DNA of 64,000 nucleotides. Source: a candidate division CPR2 bacterium GW2011_GWC2_39_35 (GTDB lineage Bacteria > Patescibacteriota > CPR2). The stretch is from positions 159,563-223,562 of the forward strand of contig LBWX01000001.1 in NCBI GenBank assembly GCA_000995065.1. Reading direction: 5' to 3'. The position numbers and the translations under genes are program-made. The notes under the pieces are model-generated. The model was not told the origin of the DNA. It saw only the letters and a program-made list of their open reading frames with translations, and ran no database searches. The number at the start of each line of letters is the position of its first letter. The first letter of the stretch is position 1. This document shows positions 1 to 10,075 of the stretch, piece after piece.

Positions 1-668
1 ATTACCTCGAAGTTGCAAAAGAAGATAGGGAAAAAATGTTTAAAGAAATTAAAAGCTTTATTTCCCAAATCACCGATCAAGACTTCTTAGGTCTTTTAGA
101 AAACTTATTCGAAGATAAAGAATTTGTAGAACTCTTTAAGAAAGCTCCGGCAGCCTGGACGATCCATCACTCCTATGTCGGGGGACTACTGGAACACGTC
201 TTGGATTGCCTACAAATTTCCGATTCTCTTTTAAGACGCTACCCTAAAATAAGAAAAGACATACTATTCACCGGTGCAATTCTTCACGACATCGGTAAAG
301 TTTTTGAACTTAATGTCGATACTACAATTACTCATTCAAACAGGGGAAAGCTTCTCGGTCATATTTATATAGGATGCGAATACCTTACTCAAAAAGCACC
401 CCAGGGTTTTCCAAAGGATAAATTAGACGAACTACTACATATGATTCTAAGCCACCATGGTGAAATAGAGTTCGGGTCGCCAATAAGGCCCAAAACCATT
501 GAGGCCGTTGCTTTATGGATGGCTGATTATTCATCTTTTAAGGTAAATATGGCATATAACTTTATATATGATAGTATAGATAATGACGATCAATCGTTTA
601 CAGGGTATCACCGCTATCTATCAACAGATATGTTTCTTGAGCCTTACCAGGATGCAAAGAATGAATAA
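1..668 (+). CDS. yhaM: 3'-5' exoribonuclease YhaM-family HD protein (5'-truncated by window edge)
   Basis: APAA..HH..GGLLEH, LHDIGK, LLGHI and ILSHHG..EFGSP motifs; reading frame is open to the window start. Confidence 0.85.
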   Translation, partial: YLEVAKEDREKMFKEIKSFISQITDQDFLGLLENLFEDKEFVELFKKAPAAWTIHHSYVGGLLEHVLDCLQISDSLLRRYPKIRKDILFTGAILHDIGKVFELNVDTTITHSNRGKLLGHIYIGCEYLTQKAPQGFPKDKLDELLHMILSHHGEIEFGSPIRPKTIEAVALWMADYSSFKVNMAYNFIYDSIDNDDQSFTGYHRYLSTDMFLEPYQDAKNE

Positions 669-960
669 AAATCCAATTAATATCCAAATCCAGCCCGACA
701 AAATTAATGCTGTTTATACAGACGCTTTTAGCATTACCAGGTCTCTTGCAAATTTTACTTTGGATTTAGGACAGCAAGTTCCTCAGTTAAACATGGTAAA
801 CATATTTTCGAGGGTCGCGTTTTCTCCACAGCACGCAAAGCAATTGTCCGGCCTTATAAACGATGCTATAAAAGAATACGAAAAAGAATTTGGCGAAATT
901 AAGATAACTCCAGAAATGAGAGAAGACTTCTTAAAACAAGGGATGGGTTTTAAGCCTTAA
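661..960 (+). CDS. DUF3467-like small protein
   Basis: AVYTDAF..FTLD...RVAFSPQHAKQL...EKEFGEI pattern; ATG at 661 overlaps the yhaM stop and is preferred over 583. Confidence 0.7.
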   Translation: MNKNPINIQIQPDKINAVYTDAFSITRSLANFTLDLGQQVPQLNMVNIFSRVAFSPQHAKQLSGLINDAIKEYEKEFGEIKITPEMREDFLKQGMGFKP

Positions 961-967
961 TTTTAGC

Positions 968-2380
968 TTGGAGGGTAGCTTGGAGGGTAAAATTACTTGT
1001 GATAATTGCGGTTCAGCATCTTTTATATTAATAAAAGGTGAGAATTATTGTACCGTTTGCGGTAAAAAAATAGAAGAAACGGCTGGAGATAATAAAGATG
1101 TCAGCTTTGACTCCCTAAATGCTGCCGAACTAATTAATAAAGAGAAAGAGCAAGGAAACAGCTTTGATTTTGCATCCGATAACAATATTTCTGAAATCCC
1201 TCAAACCTTAACCGCCGACGCATCTACGGTTAGCCTTGAATCACTACTTGAAATCATCTCTCCATCTCCCCAAATTAACCAAAGCACAAAGAGCACCGAA
1301 GGCCTGGAACAAAAACATGAAGATCGATTAACTCTTCAAGAAATTAAAAAAGAAATAGAAAACATCGAAAACAGAATTGCATCATCAGAGGAACTTTCGA
1401 AAGAAATTGACGCAGAGACTAAACCATTCGATGAAATCTCCTTATTTTCCAGAAAAATTTTTAAAGATATTAATCGCGAACTAAAAGATGAAAACAAAAA
1501 AGGAAGTCCCAAAAAAGAATTACCGGACAACCTTAAGAAAAACGCTGCAGAGATAATTAATAAACCGGTTCTTTTAAGAGGGGAAAAGGAATTAGAAAAT
1601 TTGGCTCATAATTTTATAGATAAAAGCGTGGTAAATGACAAGCCAATTCCTATGCCTAGCCCACTTTCTGAGAACGAAAAAGAGATAGGAAGTAAAAATA
1701 TCGATGGTGACACAGTTAAAAATCAGGACATTAATCATCATCACCATGTTTCCCAGTGGTTTAAGGCCGCTGAAACAAATCTAAGCATAAAGCCCGCTAA
1801 TAAAATCCCTCAAAAAAGCAAAAAGGAGAAAAAGAAGGGTGTTAGTAGACCCTTCATCATCTCTATTGCGATTATTTTTATTGCTCTTGCTGCCGGAGCA
1901 GCCTACTACTATCTACAAAATAAAGCTTCTCAAAATGAGCAAATTAATTACAATTTTACCGAAGATTTAAATAGTAACGCCAAATTTGTTGTCAATATCC
2001 CTCAATTTATTCCCGAAGGCTTTAAGCCTAGAAGCAGTAATATTACCGAGGGAAAAGTCGAGCTTCATTATTATTACGTACCAGAATTTAAAAACGAAAC
2101 ATATGATGTGATATATACTCAAGAAGTTGCCTCTTTAACTGCGGAAAAGTTTTCGAGCGAGATCAAAGAAAATGAAGATTGGAAATCCTTAACCGAAAAC
2201 GATACCGAATACTTTATAATGGGAAATAAGATAAGATGGATGTCTGACAAATTTAAGTACACCATCGATGGTCCAAATCTTTCCGAAGAGATGCTTTTCC
2301 AGATAGCTCTTTCGACAGCAGAGAGCGAATCTAAACCAAGCGAGATAACTCCCATCCCGGAAGAAAAATCAGCTCAATAA
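968..2380 (+). CDS. Membrane-anchored hypothetical protein with N-terminal Zn ribbon, long charged linker, one TM helix and a DUF4367-like C-terminal domain
   Basis: CDNC...CTVC, hydrophobic FIISIAIIFIALAAGAAYYY, PQFIPEGF motif. Confidence 0.6.
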   Translation: MEGSLEGKITCDNCGSASFILIKGENYCTVCGKKIEETAGDNKDVSFDSLNAAELINKEKEQGNSFDFASDNNISEIPQTLTADASTVSLESLLEIISPSPQINQSTKSTEGLEQKHEDRLTLQEIKKEIENIENRIASSEELSKEIDAETKPFDEISLFSRKIFKDINRELKDENKKGSPKKELPDNLKKNAAEIINKPVLLRGEKELENLAHNFIDKSVVNDKPIPMPSPLSENEKEIGSKNIDGDTVKNQDINHHHHVSQWFKAAETNLSIKPANKIPQKSKKEKKKGVSRPFIISIAIIFIALAAGAAYYYLQNKASQNEQINYNFTEDLNSNAKFVVNIPQFIPEGFKPRSSNITEGKVELHYYYVPEFKNETYDVIYTQEVASLTAEKFSSEIKENEDWKSLTENDTEYFIMGNKIRWMSDKFKYTIDGPNLSEEMLFQIALSTAESESKPSEITPIPEEKSAQ

Positions 2381-2450
2381 TCATTTACGTACTAAAATTT
2401 CCTTTTTTTATGACTTTATGTTATTGTCATAAAAATAAACGAGGTGATTT

Positions 2451-2804
2451 ATGGTAGATGAAAAATGGTTTGATCTTCTAGACCTGATTGATGAAAAATT
2501 TGGTATCGACAAAAAAGAAAATGAGAATTTTACTTTTAAAGACGACGTTGGTAACGAGTTTAAGGGCACCATAAACAGAGTTTATTTTGATTCGCCATTT
2601 GGAAACATTAAGCTAGAAAGAACCAATAGACCCCTCATCCTTGATAAAAAAATTCATTATAATAGAACGTCCGGCACCGGAGCAAAGGTGGAATATCAGA
2701 CATCAGAGACCGAAACAACAAACAAGGTAACCGCTTATAAAGAAAATTCTGATACCGGAGAATGGGAAGAAGTAACTTTGCCCGCCGGCAATATTTCTTT
2801 TTAA
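2451..2804 (+). CDS. Hypothetical protein
   Basis: 117-aa ORF with GAGGTG RBS; abuts the next gene. Confidence 0.7.
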   Translation: MVDEKWFDLLDLIDEKFGIDKKENENFTFKDDVGNEFKGTINRVYFDSPFGNIKLERTNRPLILDKKIHYNRTSGTGAKVEYQTSETETTNKVTAYKENSDTGEWEEVTLPAGNISF

Positions 2805-3332
2805 ATGAAAATCGTTTATACAATTGTTGCTTTATTTACTGTAATTCTAGTCACTCTAGGAATTTTTGTTTTTTTTAAGGTCTCAAAAAACATTAAAAAC
2901 GAGGTTTTGATAAACGAACGAAGGGTTAATCTACCATTTGTCACAAAGCCAGGGGCCGATATCAACAAAGATATGGGATTTACGATGACTTTTACGGATG
3001 AAGAATTAGAAAAACAAATTGCACAAAATAGCAAAGGCGTTCTTCAAAACCCTAAAGTGTCGATTAGCTCTAGCGATATTACCCTCCGGGCCGAAGGAAA
3101 AAAAATAATCCCCTATAGCTTTGAGACCATAATTGTACCGGAAGTAAGGAACGAAAAAATCGATTTAAAGATTTCGGAAATTAAGATTTTCGGCCTCCCC
3201 GGAAACGTTATCAAAAAGGAGATAGAAAACATTTTAAATAAAGAAGTCTCCACAAAAATTAATGAGAATGCTAAGATAAAGAATATAGAATTAAAACCTA
3301 GTAAGTTACTCGTAAAGGGAGAAATGTTATGA
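2805..3332 (+). CDS. Membrane-anchored hypothetical protein (LmeA/DUF2993-like lipid-binding fold possible)
   Basis: N-terminal TM helix followed by a beta-rich domain; operonic. Confidence 0.55.
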   Translation: MKIVYTIVALFTVILVTLGIFVFFKVSKNIKNEVLINERRVNLPFVTKPGADINKDMGFTMTFTDEELEKQIAQNSKGVLQNPKVSISSSDITLRAEGKKIIPYSFETIIVPEVRNEKIDLKISEIKIFGLPGNVIKKEIENILNKEVSTKINENAKIKNIELKPSKLLVKGEML

Positions 3333-3871
3333 AAAACCCAGCACAGAGAGTCGGAGTATTTATAGATGTCCAAAATCTTTATTATTCTGCAAAAGCGCTT
3401 TACGGCGCAAAAGTTAACTTCGGCGAAATTTTAAAAACTGCCGTTGCCGACAGACAACTCGTTAGGGCCATCGCCTATACTATTAAAGCGCAGATGCCGG
3501 AAGAGCAAAACTTTTTTGATGCTTTAACCAATATGGGAATCGAAGTTAAATCTAAAGAGCTTCAGGTATTTGTGTCCGGAGTTAAAAAAGGGGATTGGGA
3601 TGTTGGCATCGCTGTTGATATCCTTAAGATGGCACCAAAGCTAGATGCTATTATCTTATGCTCCGGCGATGGCGATTTCGAAATGCTCTTAGCTCACGCT
3701 AAGGCAGAGGGTGTCAGAGCCGAAGTTATTTCTTTTGGGCGCAGCACATCAGGAAGATTATTAGAAGAAGTTGATGATTTTGTCGATCTCGATCAGGACC
3801 CGGAAAGATTTTTAATCAAAGGCAGAACCGCACCAAAAACAAGTCAGAAGAAAAAGAGGCTATTTGGATAA
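3329..3871 (+). CDS. NYN-domain (LabA/DUF88) nuclease
   Basis: VFIDVQN, KGDWDVGIAVD, SGDGDF motifs. Confidence 0.9.
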   Translation: MKNPAQRVGVFIDVQNLYYSAKALYGAKVNFGEILKTAVADRQLVRAIAYTIKAQMPEEQNFFDALTNMGIEVKSKELQVFVSGVKKGDWDVGIAVDILKMAPKLDAIILCSGDGDFEMLLAHAKAEGVRAEVISFGRSTSGRLLEEVDDFVDLDQDPERFLIKGRTAPKTSQKKKRLFG

Positions 3872-6621
3872 TGTCTTACTTAAAACCCATTGACGAGGTA
3901 TTAAAGGAATACAAAACAACCGAAGCCGGGCTCTCTAGCAATGAGGCCAGAAACCGCTTAATTAAATTTGGTCCGAATAAAATCGAAAACAAAAAGAAAC
4001 ATTCAGCACTAAAAAACTTTTTCTTGCAGTTTGTGGATTTCTTGGCCGTCATGCTTCTTATTGCAAGTACTTTGAGCTTTATATTAGGATCCTTAATAGA
4101 TGGGTTTGTAATTTTGGGTATCGTTATTCTAAACGCCACTATCTCATTTTTCCAAGAGTACAAAGCCGAAAAGGCAATTGAGGCATTGCAGAGGATGGTA
4201 CCTCAAAAAACCACCATTATTCGAAATAATTCCGAAGATATCATTGATGTTTCAGAGCTTGTTCCCGGAGACATCGTCGTTTTAGAGGAAGGGGGCAAAA
4301 TTCCGGCCGACATAAGGTTAATTGCCGCCAACAACCTTTACACAAACGATTTTGCCTTGACCGGCGAATCAGAGCCACAGGAAAAATTTGCCGGAGTAGA
4401 AAAGAGACCAAATCTCTCGATTACCGATATTAATAATATGGTATTTATGGGGATGAGTGTTTCTACCGGCAATGCTATTGGAGTAGTAGTTGGCGCCGGA
4501 ATGAATACCGAGTTTGGAAAAATCGCCAGCTTTACCACCGAAACCAAAAAAGAGTTAAGTCCTCTACAGCTAGAAATAATCAATATCGGCAAAATCGTGA
4601 GCCGACTTGTCTTTATTTTAGCTGTCGTTTTAGGAATCATTGGATTCTTTCTCGGATACGGACTACTAGAAAACATAAAGTTTACTATCGGGGTCGCAGC
4701 AGCCTTAGTTCCGGAAGGCCTACCAGCCACTATTTCCGTCGCCCTCGCCATTGCCGTTCAGAAAATGGCAAAAAGAAAAGCCATTATAAAGAAATTATCC
4801 GCGGTCGAAACCATGGGATGCATCAATGTAATTGCCACTGACAAAACTGGCACCTTAACAAAAAATGAGATGACCGTCAAAGATATTTACGCTCTCGGAA
4901 TGGATATTCACGTAAAGGGCGTAGGCTACCAGACGAACGGCAAATTTTTAGCGGGTGATAAAGAACTATCGGCTAAGGAGTTAGAAAAGTTAGACCTATT
5001 TTTTAAAGCTTGCGTTCTTTGCAATAATGCCCACCTAAAACATCACAAAGATAAAAAAGAGATAATTGGGGACCAAACCGAAGGCTCTCTTCTAGTACTT
5101 GCCGAGAAGGCCGGCATCAAAAAAGAGCCCTACGCCGTTAAATACAAAGAAATTTCAGAAATTGCCTTTACCTCCGAAAGAAAGAAGATGTCCACCGTCA
5201 ATCTTATAGATGGTAAAGCTCACGTTTTCTCAAAAGGCGCTCCCATCGAGGTTCTTTCTATTTGTAAGAAGGTTTTAATTGATGGCAAGGAACAAAACTT
5301 AACAGAAAACCTAAGAGAAGAAATTATAAACAAAAATAATGAATATGCCTCGAACGCCATGAGGGTCTTGGGCCTTGCCTATAAACCCATAGACATAAAG
5401 GATGAATATACCGAAAAAGAAGTGGAAAGCGATTTAATCTTCTTAGGACTTGCTGCCATCATCGATCCTCCGAGGGAAGAGGTAAAATTGGCTATAAATT
5501 TAGCTAAATCGGCCGGTATTAAGGTTTTTATGGTAACAGGTGATTATTCCCTTACAGGCCAAGCTATTGCCTTAAGAATCGGCCTTGGTGATAATTTAAA
5601 AGTCATAACCGGAACAGAACTTAATCATTTATCTGATAAAGAGCTATCCGAGATCTTAAAAATAAACGAATCGGCCATTTTTTCCCGCGTTGCTCCCGAA
5701 CATAAAATGCGAATTACCAAAATCTTGCAAAAAAATGGCCAAATTGTGGCTGTTACCGGAGACGGCGTTAATGATGCGCCTGCTCTTAAAAAAGCCAATG
5801 TTGGCGTGGCAATGGGAATTACCGGCACAGATGTTTCTAAAGAAGCGGCCGAAGTGATACTAACTGATGATAGCTTTGCTTCTATTATCTCGGCCATAAA
5901 AGAGGGCCGCATCATCTACGACAATATGAAAAAATTCATCAGGTACGTCTTCTCCTCGAACTTCGCTGAGTTAATTACCATTATTCTAGGCATCCCACTT
6001 GGCATTTCACCTTTATCGGCCATCCAAATTTTTGCAATCGATTTGGGCTCCGATATTGCACCTTCTTTAGCTTTAGCCGTTGACCCGGAAGACCCCGAGA
6101 TTATGTCTAGACAACCACGCAATCAGAAGCAAAAGATTTTTAACAAAGTAATGATTAGAGATCTAGTAATCGTAGGTTTTTTTGCTGCCTTCTTTGCTGT
6201 CCTCTCATTTATCTTTGTTATGGTAAACGGCGGTTGGCAATGGGGCGAAAGAATGACATCCAATGACTTTCTATATCGCCAGGGAAACGCCGCCACCGTC
6301 GCTGGCATTGCCTTAAGCCAAATAATCGTAACTTTCTATTGTCGAGCACCACATCTCTCTATAGTCAAAAGCTTTGGCCAGAATAAACGACTTGTGTACG
6401 CCAACTTATTTTCCGCTTTTTTACTCTTAAACGTAATTTACAATCCTTTGTTTAACAAAATGTATTCTACGGGACCACTAGAGCTAATTCATTGGCTGGT
6501 AATTCTATCTGGCATCTCGATTTTTGCACTCATGCTTGAGGGTTACAAAATCATCACTAGACCCAAAACTCCTACCCCCATAAACGATAAGGAGCCAGAG
6601 CTTCAACCAACTGCTAATTGA
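3871..6621 (+). CDS. Cation-transporting P-type ATPase (type II, Ca/Na-like)
   Basis: LTGES, VPEGLP, DKTGT, KGA, TGD, GDGVNDAPALK motifs. Confidence 0.95.
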   Translation: MSYLKPIDEVLKEYKTTEAGLSSNEARNRLIKFGPNKIENKKKHSALKNFFLQFVDFLAVMLLIASTLSFILGSLIDGFVILGIVILNATISFFQEYKAEKAIEALQRMVPQKTTIIRNNSEDIIDVSELVPGDIVVLEEGGKIPADIRLIAANNLYTNDFALTGESEPQEKFAGVEKRPNLSITDINNMVFMGMSVSTGNAIGVVVGAGMNTEFGKIASFTTETKKELSPLQLEIINIGKIVSRLVFILAVVLGIIGFFLGYGLLENIKFTIGVAAALVPEGLPATISVALAIAVQKMAKRKAIIKKLSAVETMGCINVIATDKTGTLTKNEMTVKDIYALGMDIHVKGVGYQTNGKFLAGDKELSAKELEKLDLFFKACVLCNNAHLKHHKDKKEIIGDQTEGSLLVLAEKAGIKKEPYAVKYKEISEIAFTSERKKMSTVNLIDGKAHVFSKGAPIEVLSICKKVLIDGKEQNLTENLREEIINKNNEYASNAMRVLGLAYKPIDIKDEYTEKEVESDLIFLGLAAIIDPPREEVKLAINLAKSAGIKVFMVTGDYSLTGQAIALRIGLGDNLKVITGTELNHLSDKELSEILKINESAIFSRVAPEHKMRITKILQKNGQIVAVTGDGVNDAPALKKANVGVAMGITGTDVSKEAAEVILTDDSFASIISAIKEGRIIYDNMKKFIRYVFSSNFAELITIILGIPLGISPLSAIQIFAIDLGSDIAPSLALAVDPEDPEIMSRQPRNQKQKIFNKVMIRDLVIVGFFAAFFAVLSFIFVMVNGGWQWGERMTSNDFLYRQGNAATVAGIALSQIIVTFYCRAPHLSIVKSFGQNKRLVYANLFSAFLLLNVIYNPLFNKMYSTGPLELIHWLVILSGISIFALMLEGYKIITRPKTPTPINDKEPELQPTAN

Positions 6622-6646
6622 CAAAACCCTTTCATAGAAGTAAAAT
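6618..6646 (+). promoter_or_regulatory. sigma70 promoter of gltX
   Basis: TTGACA-17 bp-TAAAAT. Confidence 0.7.
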
Positions 6647-6668
6647 TAAGCGTGTTTAAGAGGTTTTT

Positions 6669-8150
6669 ATGAATAACATAAGATTAAGATTCCCCCCATC
6701 TCCTACGGGAAAGTTCCATATCGGAAGCGCGAGAACCGCCCTTTTTAGTTATTTGTATGCCAGAAAAATGGGCGGCACGTTTGTTTTAAGATTAGAGGAC
6801 ACCGACCAATCAAGGTCCACCAAGGAATTTGAAGAGAACATAATGGAAGGAATGGAGTGGTTGGGACTCAATTGGGACGAAGGGCCAATTCCCGGCACCA
6901 ATAAGTACAAAGGTGATTTTGCTCCATATAGGCAAATAGAGAGATTTCGAGAAGGATTATACCAGCCTTATATCGATAAGCTATTTAAAGAAGACAGGGC
7001 TTATTATTGCTACTGCACCCCGGAAGAGCTGGAAGAAGAAAAGAAAGCTCAAGCCGAGAAAAAAGAAGCCCCTAAATACACCGGAAAATGCCGCGAATGC
7101 TCTAAGGAAAAAATCGAACAGTACGAAAAAGAGGGGAGAAGCAAGGTTGTACGGCTTAGATTGAATCCTGAAATTATTAAATACAAAGATATAATAAAAG
7201 GAGACATCGAATTTGACATGGCTTTATATGGCGATCCCGTCATCGTAAGGTCCGACGGTATGCCACTCTATAATTTTGTGGTCGTCGTTGACGACCTCAC
7301 CATGAAAATCACCCATGTTATAAGGGGGGAAGACCACATTTCTAATACGCCGATTCAAATTGCAATTTACAAAGCTTTGGGAGCCGGGGTACCCGAATTT
7401 GGTCATTTGCCTCTAACCTTAACACCCGACAAAAAGAAGATGAGTAAGCGTTTTGGTGATATTTCTATCGATAAGTACAAAAAAGAGGGCTACCTAAAAG
7501 AAGCCTTAATCAACTTTGCCGCCCTTCTCGGCTGGTCCTCCGGTACTGAACAAGAAATTTATTCAAAAGAAGAACTTGAAAAAGTCTTTAGCCTAGCTAG
7601 AGTCCAAAAGTCAAATGCGATATTTGATGTCGAAAGATTAAACTGGCTAAACGGTGTATGGATCAGAAAACTCTCCTTAGACAGAATTACCGCCGAATGC
7701 ATACCATATCTAAAAGAAGCCAAGCTGATTAATGACGATTTTGATAGAATTTACGTCGAAAAAGTAATCTCTCTAGTTAAAGAACGCTTAAAAATATTAT
7801 CAGAAGTAATTGATTTAACCGCATACTTTTTTAAAGATTTGGTTTTAAATCCAGAAAAATTAGTTTTTAGAAAGAGTACCATCGAAACCACTAAACAAGG
7901 GCTGGAAGATGTCATCATTCTCTTTGAAGATACTCCAATGTCTAAATGGCCGCTAAACGTGGATGAAATGAACAACCTCATGAATGAGGCCAAAAATATG
8001 CATAATTTATCAAATGGCGATGTTTTTTGGCCGGTAAGATATGCCTTATCTTTTTCCGAAGCCTCCCCAAGCCCCGCCGAGCTCTTAACGGTCCTGCCAA
8101 AAGAAGTGTCCTTAAAAAGACTTAAAGCCGCTTTAAAATCATTAAGTTGA
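6669..8150 (+). CDS. gltX: Glutamate--tRNA ligase (probably non-discriminating)
   Basis: RFPPSPTG..HIGS, LRLEDTD, RGEDH, KMSKR. Confidence 0.97.
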   Translation: MNNIRLRFPPSPTGKFHIGSARTALFSYLYARKMGGTFVLRLEDTDQSRSTKEFEENIMEGMEWLGLNWDEGPIPGTNKYKGDFAPYRQIERFREGLYQPYIDKLFKEDRAYYCYCTPEELEEEKKAQAEKKEAPKYTGKCRECSKEKIEQYEKEGRSKVVRLRLNPEIIKYKDIIKGDIEFDMALYGDPVIVRSDGMPLYNFVVVVDDLTMKITHVIRGEDHISNTPIQIAIYKALGAGVPEFGHLPLTLTPDKKKMSKRFGDISIDKYKKEGYLKEALINFAALLGWSSGTEQEIYSKEELEKVFSLARVQKSNAIFDVERLNWLNGVWIRKLSLDRITAECIPYLKEAKLINDDFDRIYVEKVISLVKERLKILSEVIDLTAYFFKDLVLNPEKLVFRKSTIETTKQGLEDVIILFEDTPMSKWPLNVDEMNNLMNEAKNMHNLSNGDVFWPVRYALSFSEASPSPAELLTVLPKEVSLKRLKAALKSLS

Positions 8151-8283
8151 TGTAATGCACGAGGGTCATTCCCTTCAGAGGGTGCGACCCTTTCAAGGTT
8201 AATTAAAAGATAATCTTCATAACTCTTTTCGTTGCTTTCTTTTCTTGAAAAAATACTAATTTATGCTAAACTAAATTAGTATT

Positions 8284-9900
8284 TTAAAGTTGTTTACTGT
8301 TTCCTGCTACCTGATTATGGGGAGTCGCCAAGCGGTAAGGCACTGGGTTCTGGTCCCAGCATTCGGGGGTTCGAATCCCTCCTCCCCAGCCAAAGGGGAC
8401 GCACCCCGGCTGAAAGTCGATAATTATGCAATAGAAAGGCGAAATCTCGGAGTTCGAATAACGTTCATCTTGCCATACCAGTCCGGATGGAAATATCGAA
8501 CTCAAGAGAATTCGTGTTTGATCCAGGTTGGAATTAGCAAAGGTCTGTGACAAGTTTTCGAACTTACTTCTTATAAAGTTAGTTATATCTTCAAGATTAT
8601 ATTTACCAATAAGCTCATCATTTTTAGTTACTTGAATATCTTTTATTTTCTCTTCTAACACCTTATTCTGCTCTTTAAACATCTCGTCGGAATAAACACC
8701 CGATAGATTCTTTTGTATAAGCGCTTGGCGTGTCCCATACAGCTTCTTTAACTCAATATCGGCATCCTCTCGTCTCTTTTGCAGCGTTGAGATCCTCTGA
8801 TAATACGTTTTCTTCAGAAAGGTATTAAATAGCTCTAAAGTCTCAACAGTGGGAGTTATTTGGGCTAAATAATCCATCGTTGCTAGATTTAGTTCGTCTA
8901 CAGAAAAAGACTTGCTACAGCGATTAGGGCAAAAATAATATGCATAGCGCTTTGTCTTGCCTTGAGTCCAGGCGCCCGTAAGGGGACTATCACAATGCTT
9001 GCATCTTACAATGCGTCTAAGAGGGAAGTCTGGATTGTCCTGATTCCTTCTCATAATCGGCGTAGAAATATTAGTATTCCGACCATCCAGGATAGCCTGG
9101 ACTTTGTAAAATAATTCCTCGGTGATCATGGCCGGATGTTGACCCTCAACTTCTTGGCCGTACTTTTTAGAAATAACTTTACCAGTATAGAACTTGTTAT
9201 GGAAAAGCCTGTTGATTGTTTGCGGCCTTATGGGTCCGCCTTTTTGTCTCTGAGTAACTCCTTGCTTGGTTAGGATATCCGCTATTTCCCTTAATGTTTT
9301 TGTGCCGGTAGCCACTAAATCCCAGGCTTCTTTTATCTTGTCAGAAGTTGCCGGATCTTTTATTGCATAGCCGTTTTGATTAATATACCCAAGCGGTACA
9401 TATGCTGCGAGTCCGGCCTGAAACCTTGCTCTAAGACCATTCCGGCTTCGTTCACCTCTAACATCATTATCCATTTGAGCAAACCCGGCCAGCATTGTTT
9501 CCACAAATTTCTCTGTGGGGCTATTACCTGTTGGTTCAGTTGCTGAAACTAATTTAATATCACATTCAGTCAGTTTTCTTCTTATTACTAAATAATCTGC
9601 CGTTTCCCTGGAAATGCGATCAAGACGATACACAATGACGGCTGCAATTTCTCTTTTTTGCTTCCTACAAAACTCTAGCATTTCAATGAGAGTCGGGCGG
9701 CCATTGATGGTTTTTGCTGACCGTCCTTCTTCTTTAAAAACCTGCAAAACATCAAAGCCTCTGTTTCTGGCATCTTTCCTGCATATGTCTTCTTGTGTAC
9801 CTAACGAATAATTCTCAACCTGGTCCTCACTTGATACCCGAACATAAATTACTGCCTTCTCAGGTCTTAATGCGGTTTTTCCAAAGTTTATTTGGCTCAT
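8284..9900 (-). CDS. Large serine recombinase/integrase (resolvase + recombinase + Zn ribbon); last 34 aa read antisense through the tRNA
   Basis: IYVRVSSEDQ, SAK..GRP, VYRLDRISR, PLGY, HPAMIT, CKHC...YYFC..C. Confidence 0.92.
   Translation of the reverse strand: MSQINFGKTALRPEKAVIYVRVSSEDQVENYSLGTQEDICRKDARNRGFDVLQVFKEEGRSAKTINGRPTLIEMLEFCRKQKREIAAVIVYRLDRISRETADYLVIRRKLTECDIKLVSATEPTGNSPTEKFVETMLAGFAQMDNDVRGERSRNGLRARFQAGLAAYVPLGYINQNGYAIKDPATSDKIKEAWDLVATGTKTLREIADILTKQGVTQRQKGGPIRPQTINRLFHNKFYTGKVISKKYGQEVEGQHPAMITEELFYKVQAILDGRNTNISTPIMRRNQDNPDFPLRRIVRCKHCDSPLTGAWTQGKTKRYAYYFCPNRCSKSFSVDELNLATMDYLAQITPTVETLELFNTFLKKTYYQRISTLQKRREDADIELKKLYGTRQALIQKNLSGVYSDEMFKEQNKVLEEKIKDIQVTKNDELIGKYNLEDITNFIRSKFENLSQTFANSNLDQTRILLSSIFPSGLVWQDERYSNSEISPFYCIIIDFQPGCVPFGWGGGIRTPECWDQNPVPYRLATPHNQVAGNSKQL
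8318..8392 (+). tRNA. tRNA-Gln(CTG)
   Basis: Acceptor TGGGGAG/CTCCCCA, anticodon arm CTGGG-TTCTGGT-CCCAG, T-loop GTTCGAATC, encoded CCA. Confidence 0.97.
8391..8415 (+). repeat. Left att repeat CAAAGGGGACGCACCCCGGCTGAAA
   Basis: 25/25 identical to 19808-19832. Confidence 0.9.
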
Positions 9901-10075
9901 TTAACCCTCCCTTATTAGCTCCTTCAATGTTTTATTATTAAAAACCTGTCTTTCATATTCATTAAGCCAACATTCCAAGAGGTATTGAAATTCAGTAAGA
10001 AAGGAATCAAGATCTTCATCTGATAGCATACTAACGGCTTCTCCCATGATTGTCCGAGCCTTTTGAATCCGATTA

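Noticed and set aside
8290-8550. Plus-strand ORF over tRNA-Gln
   Set aside because: Shadow of the tRNA and the recombinase
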